Numbered from the stretch's first letter, positions 19,917-29,985 are shown. The stretch: DNA of 64,000 bases from an uncultured Candidatus Saccharibacteria bacterium (GCA_964633325.1 CAZWFS010000001.1:3063-67062), one strand, 5' to 3'. The notes: generated by a model from the letters alone, not told the origin. Made by a program: numbers and translations.

Positions 19917-20969
19917 ATGGGTTTTATTCGTAAGCTTGGAGTTATTGTGGCCGCTTCTTTACTGGGGACATCTTTACTGTTGGTGGTGGTAGCGGTCTGC
20001 TTGAATCAATTGTTTGGCAACTCGGGATATCTGAAGCGGGCATTGCAAGACAGTAAGGTTTACGAAACCCTAACGGATGACGCCTTACGGCAGTATCAAT
20101 ACACTGATAGTCCTGAGGATAGTAACGAGCTACCGATGGACAGGGAAGAGATCCATCAGGCGGCAAAAGAGGCTTTTAACCCACGGTTGCTACAAAGCTC
20201 CGCAGAGACAATGATTGACGGCACCTACGCTTGGCTGGAGGGGAAGACGGCACATCCGGATTTCCGGGTTGATCTGGGCGGCGCCAAGGCGGATTTTGCT
20301 CAGCGGATCGGCAGTTATGCACGCCAACGACTGGCTAGCTTGCCGGATTGCGGCCGTGGCCAATTACCGGACACGACCGACCCGTTCCAGATAAATTGCC
20401 GCCCTGTGGGATTTAGCTTTGAGCCAGAAATTAGACGTTTGACTGAAGGGCTGGCCAGCAGCCCGGACTACCTGGCCGACCCTGTTATTACTGCCAACAC
20501 ATTGACGGTCAAAAATGGCGAGGAGACAATACCAGTTTTTGAGCGCGCCAATAACCTGCCAGAAGCCTTTCGCGCGCTTAGGATAATGCCTTCCGTGTTC
20601 GGGTTACTAGCTACGGTGGCGGCAGGAATTATTATTGGCTTAGGCCGGCCCTGGATATCAGGTGTTAAACAGATCGCCAGAATATTTTTGGCAGCAGGTG
20701 TTATCACGCTCATAAGTTTATGGTTGGTTGGCTTCCTGGCTGATAAGCTGGTTGGGCAAGCAGCCGGATCCAGCCTCCAAGTTGCGGATTTCTCACAGCA
20801 AAACGTGTCGGCCGCCCTTATAAACACCACTCAGCAGGTAATCAGTGGTGTTGTCTTATCCATTGGTGTTATTTATATCTTTATTGGCCTGTTACTTACC
20901 CTGTGCATTCGGTTGGCGGGTCGTCGAAGGGCTATGGGCGAAGTTCCGCCAGCTCCATCGGGTAATTAG
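19917..20969 (+). CDS. hypothetical membrane protein
   Basis: N-terminal TM helix and a C-terminal cluster of TM helices; no motif. Confidence 0.4.
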   Translation: MGFIRKLGVIVAASLLGTSLLLVVVAVCLNQLFGNSGYLKRALQDSKVYETLTDDALRQYQYTDSPEDSNELPMDREEIHQAAKEAFNPRLLQSSAETMIDGTYAWLEGKTAHPDFRVDLGGAKADFAQRIGSYARQRLASLPDCGRGQLPDTTDPFQINCRPVGFSFEPEIRRLTEGLASSPDYLADPVITANTLTVKNGEETIPVFERANNLPEAFRALRIMPSVFGLLATVAAGIIIGLGRPWISGVKQIARIFLAAGVITLISLWLVGFLADKLVGQAAGSSLQVADFSQQNVSAALINTTQQVISGVVLSIGVIYIFIGLLLTLCIRLAGRRRAMGEVPPAPSGN

Positions 20970-20997
20970 CGCTCGGACAAAGGTTAAGCGGTGTATA

Positions 20998-21768
20998 ATG
21001 AGGATGATGAAATCCGTAACAATCCGGTTGGACCTGCGTCTGTTATGTGCCGTTCTTATACTGGTTATCATCGGTATGCTGGCCGTTTGGCAGCCATGGA
21101 CCGAACGCGCCAATAACAAAAAAACGGTGACTGTGACAGGGCAGGCGACTCTGGAAGAAACTCCCGATGAATATGTCTTTATGCCCAATTTTAACGCTAG
21201 CGCGGCTACATCCGCCGAGGCGGTGGCCCAAGTAACCAAAAAAGGCAATGAAGTCGTTGACGCACTGAAAAAAATGGGAATTCACGAAGATCAACTTACC
21301 ACTAGGGTAGACAATTACGCCACCGATAATGGCGGCGGTCCTGAATTGCAGATAGCTCCCGCACAGCCTAACAGGCCGGGCGGAGCAATCACGGCCTTCT
21401 ACTATATAAATTGCAAAGTTAAAGACAAGGCGGTGGCCCAAAAGGTAACCGATTATCTTGCTAGTAGTGGAGCAACGGGCGGCGTCACCCCCCAAGCCGA
21501 TTTTAGCCTGGAAACTCGTAGCCAATTGGACACCCATGTACGGCAAAAAGCAATCCAGGACGCCAAGAGCAAGGCCGAAACCGAAGCCCGCGAACTTAAC
21601 GTCCGCTTAGGTGAAGTTGTATCTGTCAGCGAGGAGCCGTCTCCAGGAGGCATGCCAGCTCTAGACGCCAAAGCTGAAACAAGCGCTGGTAATTCCGGTT
21701 CGCCGCCGGTACTGACTGGAACCCAACGCATTACACTAATTATCACAGTCACCTATTCGATCAAATAA
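20998..21768 (+). CDS. SIMPL/DUF541-domain secreted protein; start placed at an internal ATG after the upstream gene's stop
   Basis: Signal-anchor sequence followed by TVTGQATLEETPDEYVF, which is characteristic of SIMPL (DUF541) proteins. The track ORF 20845.. overlaps the upstream gene by 125 nt. Confidence 0.5.
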   Translation: MRMMKSVTIRLDLRLLCAVLILVIIGMLAVWQPWTERANNKKTVTVTGQATLEETPDEYVFMPNFNASAATSAEAVAQVTKKGNEVVDALKKMGIHEDQLTTRVDNYATDNGGGPELQIAPAQPNRPGGAITAFYYINCKVKDKAVAQKVTDYLASSGATGGVTPQADFSLETRSQLDTHVRQKAIQDAKSKAETEARELNVRLGEVVSVSEEPSPGGMPALDAKAETSAGNSGSPPVLTGTQRITLIITVTYSIK

Positions 21769-21841
21769 TAGCTTTTTGTCTCTCGACTCGCGTCGCTCAG
21801 GATCATTCGACAACCCCTAGGCTTGCCATGAGCTTGTCGAA

Positions 21842-21993
21842 TGGCGGAGAGGGAGGGATGACGCTATCGCTTCGCCGTTCAACCATGCTCGAAGCAAGCT
21901 TCTGCGCGTGGCCTCACTCTGCCGAACCTGGGTGTTCGAATCTTTCTCTGGAAGAGAAACGGCCATATCTTTCTGATATGACCGCCTCTCTCC
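21842..21993 (-). pseudogene. degenerate duplicate of the tRNA-Ser 3' region (pseudo-tRNA or att-site remnant)
   Basis: The 17-18 nt TGGCGGAGAGGGAGGGA(T) at 21842-21859 exactly repeats the 3' end of the adjacent tRNA-Ser. The 135 bp in between retains a T-arm-like GGTGTTCGAATC and an anticodon-arm-like segment. Confidence 0.35.
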
Positions 21994-22085
21994 TGGCGGA
22001 GAGGGAGGGATTCGAACCCTCGATGGAGTTGCCCCCATACTGCATTTCGAGTGCAGCGCACTAGACCGGACTATGCGACCTCTCC
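21994..22085 (-). tRNA. tRNA-Ser (anticodon CGA) with a long variable arm and encoded CCA
   Basis: The reverse complement reads GGAGAGG...CTGCA-CTCGAAA-TGCAG...GAGGGTTCGAATCCCTC-CCTCTCC-G-CCA. It folds as a cloverleaf with a class II variable arm. Confidence 0.7.
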
Positions 22086-22136
22086 ATATTCATCATATTA
22101 CTCTACCTCTGTTGGAGGTTCCAAATTAAAAAAACA

Positions 22137-22165
22137 TTGACTTGCCCTCATAAAGCTACTATACT
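22137..22165 (+). promoter_or_regulatory. sigma70-like promoter for the PadR gene
   Basis: TTGACT - 17 nt - TATACT located 29 nt upstream of the ATG. Confidence 0.4.
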
Positions 22166-22193
22166 TCTGGTGTAGTAGACTAAGGGTATACTA

Positions 22194-22568
22194 ATGCATA
22201 AACTTGACTCGTACGAACGCAAACTATTGGATGGATGGGAAGAGGTCTTTAAGAAAGGGCAGTTGACGCTTTGGATCATGCTGGCGCTCAAAGACAACCC
22301 CAAGCACATGACAGAGATTAAGCAGTTCGTGGCGTCACTAACCCTTGACCGGCTGCAAGCTGACAATCAAAGCATGTACCGGGCTTTGCGCCGCTATTAC
22401 GACGCCGAGTTGGTTGATATTAGCATCGAGCCTAATGATAGCGGCCCGGACCGTAAAGTATACGGACTGACCGAGACCGGATACAGGGTGTTGGAAGCAT
22501 TTCTGGACCGCAATATCCGTCTGTTTTATAAACCACAAGTAAAAAAGCTTATCGAAAGGAGCTTATAA
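22194..22568 (+). CDS. PadR-family transcriptional regulator
   Basis: Winged-HTH PadR pattern: LLDGWEE...LALKDNPKHMTEI...MYRALRRYYDAELV...GPDRKVYGLTETG. Confidence 0.7.
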   Translation: MHKLDSYERKLLDGWEEVFKKGQLTLWIMLALKDNPKHMTEIKQFVASLTLDRLQADNQSMYRALRRYYDAELVDISIEPNDSGPDRKVYGLTETGYRVLEAFLDRNIRLFYKPQVKKLIERSL

Positions 22569-22963
22569 TGACACGAAATAGTAAACTGTATGCCGGGTTT
22601 TGCGTGATTTGGTCAGTCGGGTTTTTTAGCGTATTGCACTGGGCTTTATTTGATCAGGAGGGTCGATGGCCCTATATTGTCGCCTCGGCACTAACCTACG
22701 GAATGGGTTTTGCAATAATGGGAGCCCTGCTTGGGCGTTTCGATAAAGCCAGCTCCACCCGCCACGATTTGCAGCTTTTATATTCTTCTACCAGTAACAT
22801 CATAAGTTTTTTTATAGGCGGGTTATGGATTCTGTTATTTCGAGGCGAGCATTGGTGGGAATTGCCAATTGCTGGCGGTTTTCTGGCTGTTGCCCTAGGA
22901 CTAACCTTGCGAGCCAGTCGGCGACGCATTAAGGGTATGAGCAAACAAGAATTGTTTAAATAA
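22568..22963 (+). CDS. small membrane protein translationally coupled to padR
   Basis: ATGA start/stop overlap with the PadR gene; four predicted TM helices. Confidence 0.4.
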   Translation: MTRNSKLYAGFCVIWSVGFFSVLHWALFDQEGRWPYIVASALTYGMGFAIMGALLGRFDKASSTRHDLQLLYSSTSNIISFFIGGLWILLFRGEHWWELPIAGGFLAVALGLTLRASRRRIKGMSKQELFK

Positions 22964-23124
22964 TTACATATTTTATGGTAAAGATTATATAGAGTAAGGG
23001 ATCGGCTTGGTTGGCTTTGTAGGAACCATCATTGACCCTGTTGTAATGATTCTGGTCGCTACTACTACCAAGAGTCAAAAGACTACTCCGGTTACGATGT
23101 AATGGAAATTGGTTGGCCGTATAG

Positions 23125-24243
23125 ATGAAGATAACACGCGAGAAGCGAACCTTGACTGGTTACGGACTTATAGTCGCAAGCGGCTTAATGGGCGCCGCAA
23201 TCACTATCGGGGCAGTTTCATTCTTTGACATGATCCTGAAACTGATTTGGGAAAATTTATTCAACCTGGATACGGTCGAGCCGTCTCGGTCCTTGGTGGG
23301 GCCGTTAATGTTAGTCCTGGGGGGGTTGAGCGTCGGTTTCTTCATCAAACGCTATGGCAAAGCGGGCGAGGGCTTGGAAGAAATTGCGCAGCAAGTTGCC
23401 AAGTCCGGTGGCATACAGTGGCGGCAAGTCCCTAGGACACTTGCGCTCAGCCTACTTTCAATAGCCAGCGGAGCCAGCCTTGGGCCGGAAGCCCCTTCAA
23501 CCGTTGCCAGTGCCGGCAGTGCTAGCTGGTTGGCGGAAAAGGCTAACAAAGGTCTTTGGCTCAAGAAAGCTATGGGGGTAGCTAGTTTGGTTGGCATGAT
23601 TGGTGGTTTTTTTGTATTAACGAATGAGGCAGGAGGTTTTGGGCTACCGGCTGACAGCGGGTCAGAGTTACATCATCTACCAGCGGCTTTCATCTTTGGA
23701 GTGGCCGGTGGGGCGTTAGGTGTTTTGGTCGCTGGTCTTATGCTAGTATCAGAGCCCCTATTTAAACATTACGACAAAAAGCCTGTGCATTTGGCCCTTA
23801 TAGGTTCGATAGCGGTTGCCATTATTACCTTTGCTGCTCCCTTGACCATGTTTAGCGGCCAGTATGTCATGCCCAAGCTTATAGCTGGTTCTGCCATAAT
23901 GACAGTTATCGGGTTAATGGCTTTAGCTTTAGCGAAATTGCTTTCCACTAGCATCTTACTTCGTAGCGGTTTTTTTGGCGGACCAATCTTCCCTACCTTG
24001 TTTGCTGGCACGGCACTAGGCCTGGCCTTGAATCACCTGATGGGTAGCCCTGACGGGGTTGCCGTCGCTGCCTCCGTAGCTGGGCTTCTGACTATAACGC
24101 TAAGAAAGCCCCTCATTGCAGGGCTGATGGCGATAGCTGTCACTAACACTGCTGCTACGCCGTCGGTTTTGGTGGGTGTGGCGGGAGCGATGCTGATACA
24201 TGGAGCTGCCGCAAGGCTGCGGCCTCCAAGCACTATTATTTAG
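23125..24243 (+). CDS. ClC-type chloride channel-like membrane protein (short)
   Basis: GASLGPEAP resembles the G(K/R)EGP motif and GFFGGPIFPTLFAGTALG resembles the GxFxP motif of ClC selectivity-filter regions. The protein is polytopic. Confidence 0.4.
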   Translation: MKITREKRTLTGYGLIVASGLMGAAITIGAVSFFDMILKLIWENLFNLDTVEPSRSLVGPLMLVLGGLSVGFFIKRYGKAGEGLEEIAQQVAKSGGIQWRQVPRTLALSLLSIASGASLGPEAPSTVASAGSASWLAEKANKGLWLKKAMGVASLVGMIGGFFVLTNEAGGFGLPADSGSELHHLPAAFIFGVAGGALGVLVAGLMLVSEPLFKHYDKKPVHLALIGSIAVAIITFAAPLTMFSGQYVMPKLIAGSAIMTVIGLMALALAKLLSTSILLRSGFFGGPIFPTLFAGTALGLALNHLMGSPDGVAVAASVAGLLTITLRKPLIAGLMAIAVTNTAATPSVLVGVAGAMLIHGAAARLRPPSTII

Positions 24244-24449
24244 TACCAATAATAAGGTTTTCTGGTAATGATAGTGGTACCAGCTACCTGACGTATTACG
24301 TACAGAGTACCACCAAGTTATTATACAAATATCAAAGGAATTGCGTATAGCTAAGGAGTATCTTGGCAACGGCTTGCCAGAGTTAGGATTATCAGCAGCC
24401 TAAGAAAAACGAGAAAACTAGTTTTGTATATATAGTTAGCTTTTGCGGT

Positions 24450-26264
24450 TTAGCGATAGCCCTCGGCTTGTTTGTCAAACATTTCTTTGTAAAGCCCGTC
24501 TTTATTTTTCATAAGTTGTGAGTGTGGTCCTTGCTCAATAACTTCACCGTCACGCATTACATAAATTGTTTCTGCACGTCTAACAGTGCTAAATCGGTGG
24601 GAAATGATTATTGTGGTCTTGTGTTTACTGTGAGCTTCAAGTGTCTTAAAGATTTCATACTCACTTTTTGCGTCTACGGCAGCAGTAGGTTCGTCCAAGA
24701 TTAAAATATCAGCGTCCCTAAAGAGCGCACGGGCTAAAGCAATCCTTTGCCATTGACCTCCTGACGGTTCAATACCGTCCTTGAAACCCACCTCAAGTAC
24801 CTGTTCGTATTGTTTCGGGTACTCTTTGATAAAAGGTTCAGCGTTAGCAATTTGTGAAGCCTTATGAACTCTTTTATTGTCACTAAAATCTTCAACTCGC
24901 CCAAGGGCAATGTTATCCCGAACCGAAAATGGGTAGTCGTTGAAGTTTTGAAACAACACACCAATGTGAGTGTAGTAGCTAGTTAAATCTAATTCTCTTA
25001 CATCTGTACCATTCACTAGTATTCTGCCTTCATCAGGGTCGTAAAAGCGGAGCAACAGTTTAATTACGGTAGTTTTACCAGCCCCATTCTCACCTACAAA
25101 TGCCAGGCTGTCACCAGGCTTAACGGTGAAGCTAACATTTTTAAGGGCTAGTTTTTCACTATTGGGATACTTAAATGATACGTTTTCAAAAGTAATAGTC
25201 GGGTTGGTCTTTGACGATAGCTCTACTGGGTTCTTCGGTTGTGGCATTTGTGGCTTCACATCAAACAGCCAGTACAAATCTTTCATGTACTCATTATTGT
25301 CGTAGATAAAGCTGAGTGAGTTAACGATAAGGCTTAATGAGCTGCCAAACTGCAAGATGATTCCACTGTAAAAGCTGTAGTCGGCTAGACTAAGAGTGCG
25401 GTCAAGTACTTTTTGAAGTAGCCAAAGCGTAACCCCTGCCGCCACAAGCACCTCGGTAGTTAAGCCAGCAAACATTCTTCCTTGCGTATTTCTGAGATAC
25501 TTGAGCTGGCGATTATAGAAGTCCGTATGTAGTCCCTCTAAAAAGTTAATTAAGTGGCTACGTGTTCCAAAGATTTTTGTTTCTTGTAGCTTATTTTTAT
25601 CTTGTAAGTACTGAGTAGTTCGGTGTGCCAATAATGGCTTGTCGCCCTTTTCGCCCCATAAGTTCCACTTTAATTTACTAAATCTTTTCTCTGCTAAAAA
25701 TCCAGGTATCAGAGAAGCTGCCATAACGAAGATTAGCCACGGCGCAAATGTCGCTACCACAATTAGGGTTGAAACTAATCTAACTACAGAGTGCAGACAC
25801 TGCAATATATAATTAGCGAAGTTCTGTGGAGTGTAGGAGTATTCTTGCTGTAACTTTTGAAGTTTTTTCTCAAAGTCATGGTCATGGTGTTGCTCCATAT
25901 CCAGCCCTGAAACGGCATTATTGAAATCAACGGTTATTCTCACGTACCATTTAATCCATGTTTTTCGTTCAATAAAGGTAAGCCACCGCCACGCAAAACG
26001 CTCGCCAAGTACTGCTAGAGTTGATAAGGCAAGCAGAAGATATACATAAGAATTAGATACGGGTTGATTTTGGAACACTTTAGTTAATTCACCGATGATA
26101 CGACTACCGAAATAGATTGTAAGAATACTTGACGTTACTTGTAGGGCAATTAGTAGCAAATAACTAATCAGCGAAGCTTTATCTATCTGCCAATAAAGAC
26201 GTATAGTGCGCCAAACGTTTTTGCGCAATGAGTAACTAGCAGATTGGTGTTTTGGTTTACTCAT
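24450..26264 (-). CDS. ABC transporter, fused permease and ATP-binding protein (exporter type)
   Basis: N-terminal six-TM domain, then Walker A GENGAGKTT, signature LSGGQWQRIALARAL and Walker B ILILDEPTAAVD. Confidence 0.85.
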   Translation of the reverse strand: MSKPKHQSASYSLRKNVWRTIRLYWQIDKASLISYLLLIALQVTSSILTIYFGSRIIGELTKVFQNQPVSNSYVYLLLALSTLAVLGERFAWRWLTFIERKTWIKWYVRITVDFNNAVSGLDMEQHHDHDFEKKLQKLQQEYSYTPQNFANYILQCLHSVVRLVSTLIVVATFAPWLIFVMAASLIPGFLAEKRFSKLKWNLWGEKGDKPLLAHRTTQYLQDKNKLQETKIFGTRSHLINFLEGLHTDFYNRQLKYLRNTQGRMFAGLTTEVLVAAGVTLWLLQKVLDRTLSLADYSFYSGIILQFGSSLSLIVNSLSFIYDNNEYMKDLYWLFDVKPQMPQPKNPVELSSKTNPTITFENVSFKYPNSEKLALKNVSFTVKPGDSLAFVGENGAGKTTVIKLLLRFYDPDEGRILVNGTDVRELDLTSYYTHIGVLFQNFNDYPFSVRDNIALGRVEDFSDNKRVHKASQIANAEPFIKEYPKQYEQVLEVGFKDGIEPSGGQWQRIALARALFRDADILILDEPTAAVDAKSEYEIFKTLEAHSKHKTTIIISHRFSTVRRAETIYVMRDGEVIEQGPHSQLMKNKDGLYKEMFDKQAEGYR

Positions 26265-26270
26265 ACTAAC

Positions 26271-26762
26271 TTAGCTCTCATCTTTCATTAACAGTATTGG
26301 CGGGTCAAAAAAGCTCATTTCATCTTTATCGGGTGGCTGTAGCTGGCTGGCAGATTTCTCAAGTCGTTCACGTGTTAGTGGTGCGTCAAGCTCTGTTTCT
26401 TTTTTATTACGAGTATCAACACGCTGCCATAGTTCCTCAAAAGGTAGCTCTAAATAATGTAACTCAATCCTTAATCCATTAGAATGAGCTTCAAGCCTTA
26501 ACTTATCTCGCTCCTCACGTCCCCAGAAACCATTTTCAAGAACAACATTGCTACCTGACTTCGCTAACTTTAATGCCTTTTTCCATTGTTCGGCTTCAAT
26601 ATCCGCCCTGGCTTTCTCGTCAAAGAAGCTAATGCCACGTTCGTATAGCTCTTGGTCTGGACTCATGACAACTGCTGGCATTTCACTAGCCAGTTTCTTT
26701 GCAAGCGTAGACTTACCAGCACCTGGCAAACCGCATAACAATACTAGAGTTCCTTGTTTCAT
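26271..26762 (-). CDS. small P-loop kinase-like protein (AAA_33/zeta-toxin/phosphotransferase-like)
   Basis: Walker A LLCGLPGAGKSTLAK at the N-terminus, about 160 aa. Confidence 0.5.
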   Translation of the reverse strand: MKQGTLVLLCGLPGAGKSTLAKKLASEMPAVVMSPDQELYERGISFFDEKARADIEAEQWKKALKLAKSGSNVVLENGFWGREERDKLRLEAHSNGLRIELHYLELPFEELWQRVDTRNKKETELDAPLTRERLEKSASQLQPPDKDEMSFFDPPILLMKDES

Positions 26763-28237
26763 TTAATTTCCTTATCTAAGTTAATTGTACGACTTATGCC
26801 GACCTGACGTAAGAAGTATTTATCGTGTGAAGCAATTAGCATTGCGCCTTGATAATTTTGCAGTGCAGCTTCAATCTTTTCTCTAGTCGGTAAGTCTAAA
26901 TGATTGGTTGGCTCGTCAAGGATTAGTAGTTGGTTTTGAGAAAGAAGCAACTTAGCAAAACTTAGCTTTGATTGCTGACCACGAGATAGTTCACTCGGCT
27001 TCTTTCTAAGCTCGTTTTCGTCTAGTCCTAGACTTCGTGCTTCACGATAAATTGCTGTTGAGGTAGCAGTTGTAACTTCAAGATTTTCAAAATTAGTCAG
27101 GCTGTAGTCCAGTCCATTAACGTCTTGTGAGAAATAACCAAACTTTATATCTTGTCCTACTTCTACAGTGCCAGTATTCGGCGTGAGTAAGTGAGCAGCA
27201 ATTTTAAGTAGCGTAGTTTTGCCACTGCCATTTGTACCTTGAATATGTAGTCTTTCGGTTCCTCGTATTTCAAAGTCAGGGTACGTAATAGTCTTATTGC
27301 TGTAGTTTTTTCTAACATTTTCAGCTCCTAGAATAAGCTTAGTTGGCGGAACATTCCCACCTAGTGTAACTTTATAGTTTTTGCTGGATTCTGGCTTCTC
27401 AACTTCCTCTAATTGCTCAAGCCGACCTTGTAACATTTTAGAGTTTTGCCCGAACTTAACAGTTACACGATTACGGAAAAAGTCCCTTTGGTACTTATCG
27501 TTATCATTGCGTTTAATATGCTTATGGGCGTGTTGGCTCTTATCGCTCTGTACCTTAATAGCTTTTTCTAGTCGTTTGCGTTCCTCAATGTTGCTTTCAT
27601 ATTTTGCATATTCACTCTGATATTCAATTTCCTTTTGTTGTTTGTAGAAATCGTAATCCCCACCGTATTGCTTAAGTTCGCCGTTGCGTAGTTCGGCAAT
27701 ACTAGTTGAGACTTTGTTGATGAAGTGCCTATCGTGGCTTACAAGCACAATACCGCCCCTAAAGTTTTTAACGAATTGTTCCAACCATACTAGACCGCCA
27801 GCGTCTAAATTATTGGTAGGCTCATCAAGCAGCAACATTGTTGGTTCTGGGTCTTTTGCGAGTACTTTCGCTAGTGCCAAGCGTGTTTTCTGACCACCAC
27901 TTAAGCTAGAAACAGCTCTGGTTTTTGGTACGCCTTCAAGCCCAACCAGACTTAGCGTATGGTCAATTTTCCAGTCTTCGCTGTGCTTATCAAAGCTATC
28001 TTGAATAGTGCCAACTGATTCAGCTTCCTGTGGCACATAGCCTACTGCTTCATGATGTAGTGCAATGTTGCCACTATCAGGCTTTAGCTCCCCTAAAACT
28101 ATTTTAAGCAAAGTAGTTTTACCCGCTCCATTTTCGCCAATAAGAGCAATGACCTCGCCAGCATTAACTGACAGACTTACATCTTTAAGCACAGGTTTAT
28201 CTCTGTATGATTTGTGTATGTGTTGCAAGGTAAACAT
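26759..28237 (-). CDS. ABC-F family ATPase (two tandem NBDs, no TM domain)
   Basis: Two Walker A motifs (GENGAGKTT and GTNGSGKTT), two LSGGQ-like signatures (LSGGQKTRL and LSRGQQSKL) and two Walker B motifs. Its 492 aa are in the range of antibiotic-resistance (ARE) ABC-F proteins. Confidence 0.8.
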   Translation of the reverse strand: MFTLQHIHKSYRDKPVLKDVSLSVNAGEVIALIGENGAGKTTLLKIVLGELKPDSGNIALHHEAVGYVPQEAESVGTIQDSFDKHSEDWKIDHTLSLVGLEGVPKTRAVSSLSGGQKTRLALAKVLAKDPEPTMLLLDEPTNNLDAGGLVWLEQFVKNFRGGIVLVSHDRHFINKVSTSIAELRNGELKQYGGDYDFYKQQKEIEYQSEYAKYESNIEERKRLEKAIKVQSDKSQHAHKHIKRNDNDKYQRDFFRNRVTVKFGQNSKMLQGRLEQLEEVEKPESSKNYKVTLGGNVPPTKLILGAENVRKNYSNKTITYPDFEIRGTERLHIQGTNGSGKTTLLKIAAHLLTPNTGTVEVGQDIKFGYFSQDVNGLDYSLTNFENLEVTTATSTAIYREARSLGLDENELRKKPSELSRGQQSKLSFAKLLLSQNQLLILDEPTNHLDLPTREKIEAALQNYQGAMLIASHDKYFLRQVGISRTINLDKEIK

Positions 28238-28448
28238 ATAAACTCCTAACTAAAAAAACCGAGCGTTGGTTAACGAAATATCGCCACACAACTGCTCGGT
28301 CTTTTACAAGGGTTTAACTGATAGAAAAACAATCAAATAGCAAAGCTACACAAAGCTGTGTGAACGACTTTAGCGGTTGATTGTTACTATCATAAGTACG
28401 TTTAACTCCTTTAGATAGCTACATTGTATAACAATTATGTTTATCTTG

Positions 28449-28994
28449 TCAAATTGACAGTTTTATTATCTCGTCTACAACTTTTTCAAGTGGCTGTTCT
28501 GCATTAACAAGCATTGCGCCATAGCTTTTCATTTGTTCGTCAATAGTATTATTCCAACCTAGTATATCTTTTAAGTCATCGGGGTGTTTTCCGTAATCAT
28601 TATTAGTTCTGTCATCAAGACGTTGCTGCAATACTTCATTACTAATTGAAAGGCTTATGACCTTATCAAATAAGTCCCATACATCTTTATCATTTGGAGT
28701 TGTACCGCATAGAAAAAAAGGCTTACCTTTAGTTTTAGCAAGTTCGGCAATTTCTTCTACTTTTGAGCGTTCTACTTTTAACCAATACCGCTTACGCCAC
28801 TCGTTAGTAGTATCCGTCCACCCTTTTTGCTCAGCAGCTTTTTTATCAGTTGAGCGGTTGTACCACACCCTAAAATTATCTTCATCAACATCATAAGCGT
28901 CATATCCACGCCTTTTTAATTCAAGCCGAATGGTTGATTTTCCAGTTCCTGAAATCCCAGTAATGAATATGAGTGGCATAGAGTAATTATACAA
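28449..28994 (-). CDS. small P-loop kinase-like protein
   Basis: Walker A ITGISGTGKST, about 180 aa. Architecture resembles small nucleotide/antibiotic kinase folds. Confidence 0.45.
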   Translation of the reverse strand: MYNYSMPLIFITGISGTGKSTIRLELKRRGYDAYDVDEDNFRVWYNRSTDKKAAEQKGWTDTTNEWRKRYWLKVERSKVEEIAELAKTKGKPFFLCGTTPNDKDVWDLFDKVISLSISNEVLQQRLDDRTNNDYGKHPDDLKDILGWNNTIDEQMKSYGAMLVNAEQPLEKVVDEIIKLSI

Positions 28995-29154
28995 AATTAT
29001 ATGCTCTGGAATAGTTGCTGTTTAAGGCACATACAGGCGTTTTAACGTGAGTTTATGGCAAACCTGCGGAATTGTAGGGAAACGGACTTTTCGTACAGCA
29101 AATCTGCAAAAAACAAAGAGAAAACACTGCGTTTTCAAATAATCTGTCAGAAAA

Positions 29155-29625
29155 CTATTGTCCTTGCTTATGTGGCGCATTCTTACCGTTAAAACCAGGT
29201 TGCACAGCAATTCTAGCTTTCCATTCTGCGTTATCAAGCACTGATACTGGTTCGGCGTTGTGTAGCTCCCGAAAGTCTTCACGAGCTGCTTTAATGACAC
29301 TACTAATTACTAAAGCACTGGGATAGAAATGTGGTGTTAGCAGTATTTGGGTCTTACTGCCAATATGCTGTTTGTCTAATACCTGGTAATAAAGGTGTGA
29401 AGGAAATATATACAATCCTTGTTGCTTGTAGTCCCCGTCTTCTATTCCGAAGTCTTTACCGATATTTGTTATAAATATAAATCTAACGTTGCAGTTACTA
29501 AGCAAACCACCACGCAAGGTTGAAGCCGTTACAGGATTAAGAGCGTGTACCCAATCGTTTAGCACATACCTTTCCAGCAGCCGTCCATTGGCTTCTATGT
29601 CGGCGTAAAGGAAATTAAAAGTCAT
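29155..29625 (-). CDS. hypothetical protein; its start overlaps the upstream HTH gene's stop
   Basis: ORF overlaps the upstream HTH gene by 11 nt, suggesting an operon; no motif. Confidence 0.3.
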   Translation of the reverse strand: MTFNFLYADIEANGRLLERYVLNDWVHALNPVTASTLRGGLLSNCNVRFIFITNIGKDFGIEDGDYKQQGLYIFPSHLYYQVLDKQHIGSKTQILLTPHFYPSALVISSVIKAAREDFRELHNAEPVSVLDNAEWKARIAVQPGFNGKNAPHKQGQ

Positions 29626-29857
29626 AAGCCACTACTTCACCTAACTTTGAAAGGTATAAAAGATTTGTGCGAGCATTATTTATCTTTTCAGCGAAGACCT
29701 TTTCATTACGAAAATGTCGGTAAAAAGTGTCCCTGCTGATACCAGCATAAGCGCAAGCTTCCGAAATACTTGAGCCGTGCTGCAAAGCGTCTTCCAGCTT
29801 GCTCATTACGGTGTAATTAACTTTGGCGGGTCTGCCGTTAGCTTTTTTATTTGTCAT
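29615..29857 (-). CDS. small helix-turn-helix DNA-binding protein
   Basis: GSSISEACAYAGISRDTFYRHF is a typical HTH of transposase-OrfA or terminase-small-subunit type. Confidence 0.45.
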   Translation of the reverse strand: MTNKKANGRPAKVNYTVMSKLEDALQHGSSISEACAYAGISRDTFYRHFRNEKVFAEKINNARTNLLYLSKLGEVVAYDF

Positions 29858-29985
29858 AAAACTCCTGTTTGTTTTTGTTTAAGGCTCTCTATTTATTATG
29901 ACAAAAATAGCACTTTAGTTATCTGACATTAGTAGAAATATAGCTACAGTGAGTATTTACCTGTCTGTCCGTATAAAATAGGACT

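Noticed and set aside
21828-22064. Track ORFs overlapping tRNA-Ser(CGA) and its duplicated 3' end (21828..22064 +, 21817..22038 -, 21879..22061 -).
   Set aside because: They translate tRNA sequence (EREGFEPS is the translation of GGGATTCGAACCC). This is an ORF-finder artefact.
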